NCBI GenBank assembly: GCA_050575255.1
Contig: JBNZDD010013732.1
Coordinates: 10,838,394-10,902,393, forward strand
DNA from: Harriotta raleighana
Taxonomy: Eukaryota
Length of the DNA: 64,000 bases
Reading direction: 5' to 3'
Below the pieces are notes generated by a model. The model was not told where the DNA came from and ran no database searches. It saw nothing but the letters and a program-made list of their open reading frames with translations. This document shows, in pieces, positions 60,401 to 64,000 of the stretch; position 1 is the stretch's first letter; the number at the start of each line of letters is the position of its first letter. The translations under genes and the position numbers were made by a program.

Positions 60401-60820
60401 AATCTATCTAATTCTTTATTTTAAAAGAATCTTAGCACTCAGCCTCAACTATCTACGGTTGGTGGCAGAGGATTCCACATTCTCTAGGAATAGAAATCTT
60501 TTTGAACCTCCCCTTTGATTCTCTCCATGGGCATCTCACATCTGTGGACTCATTCCCACAGGAAAACTAGGGAGAGCTCCAACGAATAAACTAGTCCTTC
60601 AGCATTCAATAGATTTTGCCATCATGTCTAATCTCCTTGCGCTGCACTACAAAGGATGAATGGCATTCTTCTTCTCCTCCACTGCTGAGAGCTGACAAGA
60701 GAAGACTGTAGTGCATTTGAACTTACGATCGAGAGGAACTTCCAGTGCTGCACTTAAGTTAACCAGCAATAGAACCAAGGAAACCCAGCTGGACCCAGAG
60801 CTGTCCTTCCTTCCCAGCAT
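6219..60820 (-). CDS. NRCAM: Neuronal cell adhesion molecule NrCAM, full coding span: 31 exons, 3903 nt, about 1300 aa with all homologous cassettes included
   Basis: Manually spliced exons all have GT-AG boundaries and compatible phases. The translation follows human NrCAM as I recall it, from ALEVPLD to [17 protein letters not shown]. Confidence 0.96.
6988..7155 (-). mobile_element. SINE 3' fragment
   Basis: Matches the tail and body of the 1565-1900 copy. Confidence 0.8.
7452..7463 (-). CDS. NRCAM: NRCAM 12-nt RSLE microexon
   Basis: aatgtag|GTCTCTGGAAAG|gtaaga; yields Y-R-S-L-E-S, the L1-family YxxL endocytosis motif. Confidence 0.92.
7645..8060 (-). mobile_element. Diverged SINE copy
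   Basis: Tail, body and tRNA head (ctctaacc...agctacaggactcc) recognisable. Confidence 0.7.
9592..10245 (-). mobile_element. L2-clade LINE 3' fragment
   Basis: Degenerate RT C-terminal motifs ([29 protein letters not shown]) and L2 tail. Confidence 0.8.
12350..13440 (-). mobile_element. L2-clade LINE reverse transcriptase remnant
   Basis: Frameshifted motifs [31 protein letters not shown] and SFKAHLKT. Confidence 0.88.
13731..13809 (-). CDS. NRCAM: NRCAM cytoplasmic exon [26 protein letters not shown]
   Basis: 79 nt; tttag acceptor and gtgagc donor; NrCAM-diagnostic sequence. Confidence 0.97.
14709..15017. mobile_element. hAT-Charlie (MER5-like) non-autonomous DNA transposon
   Basis: TIRs CAGCAGTTCTCAACC and GGTTGAGAACCACTG; degenerate 8-bp TSD atataagg/atacaaag. 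Confidence 0.8.
15272..15403 (-). CDS. NRCAM: NRCAM transmembrane exon [43 protein letters not shown]
   Basis: 132 nt; nearly identical to the NrCAM TM and juxtamembrane region. Confidence 0.97.
16870..17020. repeat. Minisatellite with about 19/38-bp unit (cacacac-actgagcc)
   Basis: Repeated cacacac(c/a)(a/g)actg(a/g)gcc units. Confidence 0.85.
18570..19216 (+). mobile_element. L2-clade LINE 3' fragment with tail
   Basis: ORF 18558..19148 contains [38 protein letters not shown]; ends in a (ttg)n tail. Confidence 0.9.
19513..20000. repeat. Tandem duplication of a ~65-bp unique block, each copy followed by a GA-rich (gagtgaggtacagaga) minisatellite
   Basis: cacataaattgattcaaaatgctgtgtatt... 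at about 19513 and 19784. Confidence 0.85.
20453..20611 (-). CDS. NRCAM: NRCAM FN3-5 C-part [31 protein letters not shown]...FETGPP
   Basis: 159 nt; cttttag acceptor and gtgagg donor. Confidence 0.92.
21890..22200 (+). mobile_element. CR1-like LINE 3' remnant
   Basis: Degenerate CR1 ORF2 end ([13 protein letters not shown]...VEA...SFKKQFD). Confidence 0.65.
22588..22704 (-). CDS. NRCAM: NRCAM FN3-5 N-part [23 protein letters not shown]...FYVEYELAD
   Basis: 117 nt within ORF 22457..22771; TYANISWE motif. Confidence 0.9.
25274..25339 (-). CDS. Candidate additional 66-nt NRCAM cassette exon (G)[21 protein letters not shown]
   Basis: About 45-nt pyrimidine tract ending ctctgctgtctgtag, donor AAGG|gtattg, open phase 1/1 frame. 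Confidence 0.6.
26164..26190 (-). CDS. NRCAM: NRCAM 27-nt cassette (probable AE12-equivalent) (A)FPAPGMGR
   Basis: ttattaacag acceptor, gtacag donor, phase 1/1; position of human AGILPPDVGAGK; ACTAAC and TGCATG immediately downstream. Confidence 0.75.
27009..27188 (-). CDS. NRCAM: NRCAM FN3-4 C-part [10 protein letters not shown]...STRYKFY...[10 protein letters not shown]
   Basis: 180 nt within ORF 26953..27252. Confidence 0.95.
28440..29057. mobile_element. Tc1/mariner (Tigger/pogo-like) MITE, 618 bp
   Basis: TIRs CAGTAAAAGCCCGTTTATCC and GGATAAATGGGCTTTTACTG, flanked by TA on both sides; internal ~91-bp AT-rich tandem repeat. Confidence 0.9.
29241..29363 (-). CDS. NRCAM: NRCAM FN3-4 N-part [21 protein letters not shown]...LKYQP
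   Basis: 123 nt within ORF 29185..29562. Confidence 0.95.
30023..30227 (-). CDS. NRCAM: NRCAM FN3-3 C-part IYYWK...[22 protein letters not shown]...TPEG
   Basis: 205 nt within ORF 30012..30287. Confidence 0.95.
30323..30438 (-). CDS. NRCAM: NRCAM FN3-3 N-part [38 protein letters not shown]
   Basis: 116 nt; ctttacag acceptor and gtaagt donor; absent from the ORF track. Confidence 0.94.
31305..31530 (-). CDS. NRCAM: NRCAM FN3-2 C-part ...[33 protein letters not shown]...GYSGED
   Basis: 226 nt within ORF 31069..31569. Confidence 0.96.
32277..32347 (-). CDS. NRCAM: NRCAM FN3-2 N-part [23 protein letters not shown]
   Basis: 71 nt within ORF 32151..32375. Confidence 0.93.
32420..32667 (+). mobile_element. 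L2 LINE 3' end
   Basis: [27 protein letters not shown] followed by the agcgctttgggacg...(ttg)n tail. Confidence 0.85.
33560..33757 (-). CDS. NRCAM: NRCAM FN3-1 C-part FIIEYEED...[17 protein letters not shown]...
   Basis: 198 nt within ORF 33528..33767. Confidence 0.95.
35051..35152 (-). CDS. NRCAM: NRCAM FN3-1 N-part [33 protein letters not shown]
   Basis: 102 nt; cctgcag acceptor and gtaagt donor. Confidence 0.94.
36560..36830 (-). mobile_element. CR1-like LINE 3' remnant
   Basis: ORF 36654..36851 ([26 protein letters not shown]). Confidence 0.75.
36905..37260 (+). mobile_element. tRNA-derived SINE carrying an internal inverted L2 tail
   Basis: Head agagcactcgcc...gttcga, family body, (tta)n tail; inverted L2 tail at 36957-37023. 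Confidence 0.8.
39100..39129 (-). CDS. NRCAM: NRCAM 30-nt cassette (AE10-equivalent) (A)ISTTPARPD
   Basis: cttccttccag acceptor and gtaaac donor; same length and position as human APTPTPAPVY. Confidence 0.82.
40327..40451 (-). CDS. NRCAM: NRCAM Ig6 C-half [30 protein letters not shown]...LTVL
   Basis: 125 nt; phases match the neighbouring exons. Confidence 0.93.
41162..41309 (-). CDS. NRCAM: NRCAM Ig6 N-half [10 protein letters not shown]...[11 protein letters not shown]...[12 protein letters not shown]
   Basis: 148 nt; ttttcag acceptor and gtaatg donor. Confidence 0.94.
41530..41945 (-). mobile_element. L2 LINE 3' fragment abutting the Ig5 exon donor
   Basis: Reverse-complement similarity to the 18800-19216 copy. 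Confidence 0.8.
41962..42128 (-). CDS. NRCAM: NRCAM Ig5 C-half FKDGHGS...[23 protein letters not shown]
   Basis: 167 nt within ORF 41945..42139. Confidence 0.95.
42489..42600 (-). CDS. NRCAM: NRCAM Ig5 N-half ESPRMLS...[15 protein letters not shown]
   Basis: 112 nt within ORF 42485..42751. Confidence 0.95.
43011..43154 (-). CDS. NRCAM: NRCAM Ig4 C-half ...[24 protein letters not shown]
   Basis: 144 nt; conserved YQCNASN motif. Confidence 0.95.
43545..43775 (-). mobile_element. Deu-domain-type SINE fragment; related copies at about 16140-16400, 30740-30960, 33150-33520, 44780-45170, 52620-52960, 53560-53980 and 58440-58840
   Basis: Shared motifs (ctcttttcaaatagt...ggg, gtcagcctagatt, ggcttgaac.cacaatcttctgac, gagtgcta..aa.tgagcc); family name from recall, not a database search. 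Confidence 0.65.
43879..44010 (-). CDS. NRCAM: NRCAM Ig4 N-half [31 protein letters not shown]
   Basis: 132 nt with AG/GT boundaries. Confidence 0.95.
44578..44762 (-). CDS. NRCAM: NRCAM Ig3 C-half [15 protein letters not shown]...[18 protein letters not shown]...VTVK
   Basis: 185 nt; tttttag acceptor and gtactg donor; Ig D-x-G-x-Y-x-C motif. Confidence 0.94.
45301..45412 (-). CDS. NRCAM: NRCAM Ig3 N-half [15 protein letters not shown]...LECISEG
   Basis: 112 nt within ORF 45297..45527; gtaagt donor. Confidence 0.93.
48622..48678 (-). CDS. NRCAM: NRCAM 57-nt cassette (AE19-equivalent) (M)[18 protein letters not shown]
   Basis: ttttttcag acceptor, gtgagt donor, 19 codons; resembles human VDELNDTIAANLSDTEFYG and keeps two N-glycosylation sequons. 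Confidence 0.9.
50462..50632 (-). CDS. NRCAM: NRCAM Ig2 C-half [16 protein letters not shown]...[26 protein letters not shown]
   Basis: 171 nt; ttttcag acceptor and gtaagt donor; highly conserved L1-family motif. Confidence 0.95.
50900..51165 (-). mobile_element. CR1 LINE RT remnant
   Basis: ORF 50896..51162 ([16 protein letters not shown]). Confidence 0.8.
51567..51689 (-). CDS. NRCAM: NRCAM Ig2 N-half [11 protein letters not shown]...[11 protein letters not shown]
   Basis: 123 nt within ORF 51499..51747; gtaagt donor. Confidence 0.95.
54055..54251 (-). CDS. NRCAM: NRCAM Ig1 C-half [13 protein letters not shown]...[22 protein letters not shown]
   Basis: 197 nt within ORF 54032..54358; tgcag acceptor and gtgagt donor. 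Confidence 0.95.
54558..54865 (-). mobile_element. tRNA-derived SINE copy
   Basis: Matches 1565-1900 including the B box (ggattcgaa on the plus strand). Confidence 0.8.
55590..56100 (+). mobile_element. L2 RT remnant with a nested CR1-type 3' tail (about 55705-55790)
   Basis: CLSDIKS*M and [10 protein letters not shown] motifs; insert reads gatcagccatgatc...cctactcctgctcctatttcttatgttc. Confidence 0.65.
56590..56695 (-). CDS. NRCAM: NRCAM Ig1 N-half [34 protein letters not shown]
   Basis: 106 nt, AG/GT boundaries, near-identical to NrCAM Ig1. Confidence 0.95.
57457..57474 (-). CDS. NRCAM: NRCAM 18-nt microexon (P)KILQE(L)
   Basis: aataaag|CAAAAATTCTGCAAGAAC|gtaagt; equivalent to human PKLLEDL; phase 1/1. 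Confidence 0.9.
60727..60820 (-). CDS. NRCAM: NRCAM coding exon 1, signal peptide [31 protein letters not shown]
   Basis: ATG at 60820 with A at -3, hydrophobic core, ALEVPLD motif, donor C|GTAAGT. The exon probably starts at the tttcag acceptor (60879), so 60821-60879 is 5'UTR. Confidence 0.9.
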
Positions 60821-61721
60821 TTTCAGTGAGATGGACAGCGCCCACTCCTGGATCCACCGTGTTCACTGTCCCAAAAGTCCTGAAAGACACAATGTCAATG
60901 TATTATGATCACTGTGTGATCTGCTGCTGAAGATAGTTCACACTCACAAATATGCAGTCAATTTGCTTTACAGTATATTCTGTGAAGAGCTTTGAGATGT
61001 CTAGATGTGAAAAGCGCTATATCAAACACAAGGGCACACACAACACAGCAGTCATTACAATATGCTTTGAGCTTCGCTTTTGTGCAAAGGATTGCTGTGT
61101 AAATGCACGTTATTTTGTTGCAGTGGTGGTTTAGTAAGAATACATGTGGTGTGTAGACTATTTTAAGTCATGGTTAAGCTTTTTTCACTCCCTGGACACT
61201 CCCTGACAGAGACACTCACTCACACACACTCACACATACAGAATGGGGCTATGTTTCGTAATTTGAAGAATAAGCAGAAATAATGTGTAGCTGTGTACCC
61301 AGATGAATGGGGAGATTAAGTGACTGGAACATTGCTGATCTCATTGAAAGCAAAGTTTGTTTTCTGGTTGTGTGTTTTTACTGGCCATACAAAGCTCAGT
61401 CACAGCCATCACTGTCACTCTGTGGCACTACAGCCATGAGAGTAACAAGGCAATTTTCTCCATGTTGTTAGATGCACCACAGTTTTGATGCAAGAATAAA
61501 CTAACACAAAGCCTTGAATTTGATGAAGCAGTTTAACACATCCTTGCAATACCTCAAAATGTCCATAGGATTTACTGTGAAACGCAGTGTGTTTGCAAAT
61601 GAATGTGACAGCGAGGGTATGCCCAACAATGTCCAATAAACAGCCATTTAAGTGAATGATTGATTTTATCTGAAGAATTATCAGGACACTTCTCTGTAGA
61701 ATCATGTCATGGGGTCTTTAA

Positions 61722-62330
61722 TCAACAACAATAACAAAATTATATTTGTGAAGCGTCTTTCTCATCAGGATGCCAAGGCACTGATCAGTCATGGATTAGG
61801 ATCCGAGCATGTGGGGCAGGGTTGCGATGAGGGTGGGCAGAGAGAGTAGGAGGGCAGCTGAAGGCATGGTCAAAAAGTTGTGCTTTGAAAGAAGCAAGCG
61901 AGGAAAACAAGGCGAAGGGTCTGTGGGATGAAGTTACAAAGAGTGGTGGCAGAGATGCTGAACGGTAGGTGGGCGATGGAAGGATGATCAGTTGGGAGTC
62001 CTGGAGCAGGCCTGGAGCCTGCTGAGTGAAGGGAGTGGACAGGTTGACAGGGAGTCAGCAGGTCAGAGAGATAAGAGGGGGCAAGGCAGTGGAGGGCCTT
62101 GAAAGTGAGGTCAAGGATTCTGAATACTATTCTCTGAGGGATGGGGAACAAGAGAGGACACGAGCTGCAGAGATCTTAATGATCTGCAGCATGTGAAGGG
62201 AACAGTTGGGGAGGTCAAAAAGGCAGGAGTTTCCGTAGTCTAAACCAGAGGTGAAGAATTTGTGTATGAGGGTTTCAGCAGGCCTGAGGGTTGAGGCAAT
62301 GGTGGAGTCGGGCAATGTTGCAGAGGTGGA
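61722..62330 (-). mobile_element. L2 LINE 3' fragment
   Basis: ORFs 61870..62151 (PQRIVFRILDLTFKALHCLAPSYL) and 62127..62315 (GLDYGNS). Confidence 0.88.
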
Positions 62331-62479
62331 CTTCCTTCCACAAGCACTATTAAAATGTCATTGTTAATGCTACAGCACACAGTTTTTCTATACTATTTTC
62401 ATGATGTACATTTACATATTTTTAATATTATTTCAGTCCATTTCTCAGAATACAATGTAGTATAAATGTACATGTGTGC

Positions 62480-62902
62480 ATTTTTCCATTAGAGCAGCGA
62501 AGATTACGCGGGGACCTGATAGAGGTCTTCAAGATCATGAAAGATTTTGACAGGCTAGATAGGGAAAAGCTGTTTCCGCTGGTAGGTGTGTCTGTGACCG
62601 TGGTCACAGTCTTAAGATATCTACCAAAAGAAGCAGAGGGGAAGTTAGAAGAAATGTTTTCACTCAGGGAGTTGTTCGAATTTGGAATGATCTGCCTGAA
62701 AGGTTAGTGAGGTCCGATTCGATAGCAGCTTTTAAGATAGAACTGGATAGGTATCTGGGGAAGACGGGCTTGCAGGGTTATGGGGAGAGAGCTGGTGATT
62801 GAGGTTAATAAAAGTGACATTGCTCTGTCAAAGAGCCAGCACAGACTCGATGGGCCGAATGGCCTCCTTCTGTGCAGTAACATTTATGATTCTATGATTC
62901 TA
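62480..62902 (+). mobile_element. CR1 LINE 3' end
   Basis: LEQRRLRGDLIEVFKIMK motif and (tatgattc)n tail. Confidence 0.92.
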
Positions 62903-64000
62903 TACAGCATCGTTCTTGTCAGTAGGATGTCCCAAAACACTTCATTCCTGACTGGGCACCACAGTTGGGTGTGGGGTCCAAGGAGGGTGCATCTTAAGGG
63001 GCAAGATAAACAAAGAAGAAGGTTGTGAGGGAGCACACTGAACACTTTGTTTAAAATTTTTTAAACAGATTTGAGATCGCTTTAAAATTTAAGTGGAGGA
63101 AAAATGCAATCCCCTGTACAAGCTTTGTTCTCATCTCTCGACTCTGCTCCACAGTACTACAGTACAATGATTTACAATGCAAACATAAAAGCTATACCCT
63201 TGCAGGATTCTTTTTAGAATAATTCATTCTGACGCCTCTGCATTTGTAGCCCTTCAGGTTTCATGAGGAATCCATTTGACCCAAGGCAGTGTTGCAACAG
63301 GAATAGATGTAGAGGATTAATGCAGAAGAACTGATGTCTATTTTAAATTAATCTGTTTGATGTTGATTTGCCAATCCACAGCTCCTAACATGGACTGCCC
63401 GATGAGTGTAATCTTTACATCTTGTGCATGCCGGACACACAAGCTGGCAATTGTCAAAGGCAACAAAGTCAAAATCTATTCTTCACTAAAGTGCTGCTAT
63501 TCTCATTTGTAAAAGCTGGGATGTGCTGTCGTTCTTCTAATGGCTGCTTTGAGTTCCCCGTACCACACACTGTGTAACTCTCATTACTGTACATTGTTCA
63601 CCAGCAACTGAAAAGCTCCACAAAGTTGGAGAGCCTCCGACCACTGAAACATGCTTCAGGCAGATAAAAGGTACCTTTTCTTCTTCATTATGTATGGACT
63701 CATTCAAGGGAATTAGTAGGAGTCAGACATTAAGTATATAGAAAATCTTTCCTTTCCAAAGAATAGTCCATTTATTCTTGTAATCTGCGATGATGAATCC
63801 ACATAAAAGAGGCACAATCCGTACAGAAAAATGTTTGGCAAATGCGCAACGCACAATGTTAAACTGTGCTAAGACACATCTTCACGTCACTTCCATGAAA
63901 TCTCATCATGATCAAAGAAAGAGGATATCGCACTGCTTCCTGCAACAACTCAAAAGTTGGCTGATAACTGTTTCACAGACTGCCTTCGTAACAAGGGAGA

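Overview
Vertebrate genomic DNA. The L2/CR1 LINE and tRNA/Deu-type SINE content suggests a cartilaginous fish, possibly a chimaera (inference). The window holds the complete minus-strand coding region of an L1-family neural adhesion gene, NRCAM. I traced 31 GT-AG coding exons by hand from the ATG at 60820 to the TAA at 6219. All splice phases are compatible and sum to 3903 nt (1300 aa): signal peptide, 6 Ig, 5 FN3, TM, and a cytoplasmic tail with KGGKY, YRSLE, FIGQY and C-terminal SFV. Five small cassette exons missed by the ORF track are present (18, 57, 30, 27 and 12 nt). Beyond the mammalian NRCAM exons I recall, there are extra in-frame phase-1/1 candidates: 66 nt and 3 nt in the FN4-FN5 linker, and 54 nt and 69 nt in the Ig2-Ig3 linker. 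The FN3-3 furin motif appears to be absent. Introns carry SINEs, L2/CR1 fragments, a Tigger-like MITE and a hAT MITE. The left end may hold the first non-coding exon of the next gene. I see no supportable prokaryote-type system; the best novelty candidates are the extra splicing cassettes.
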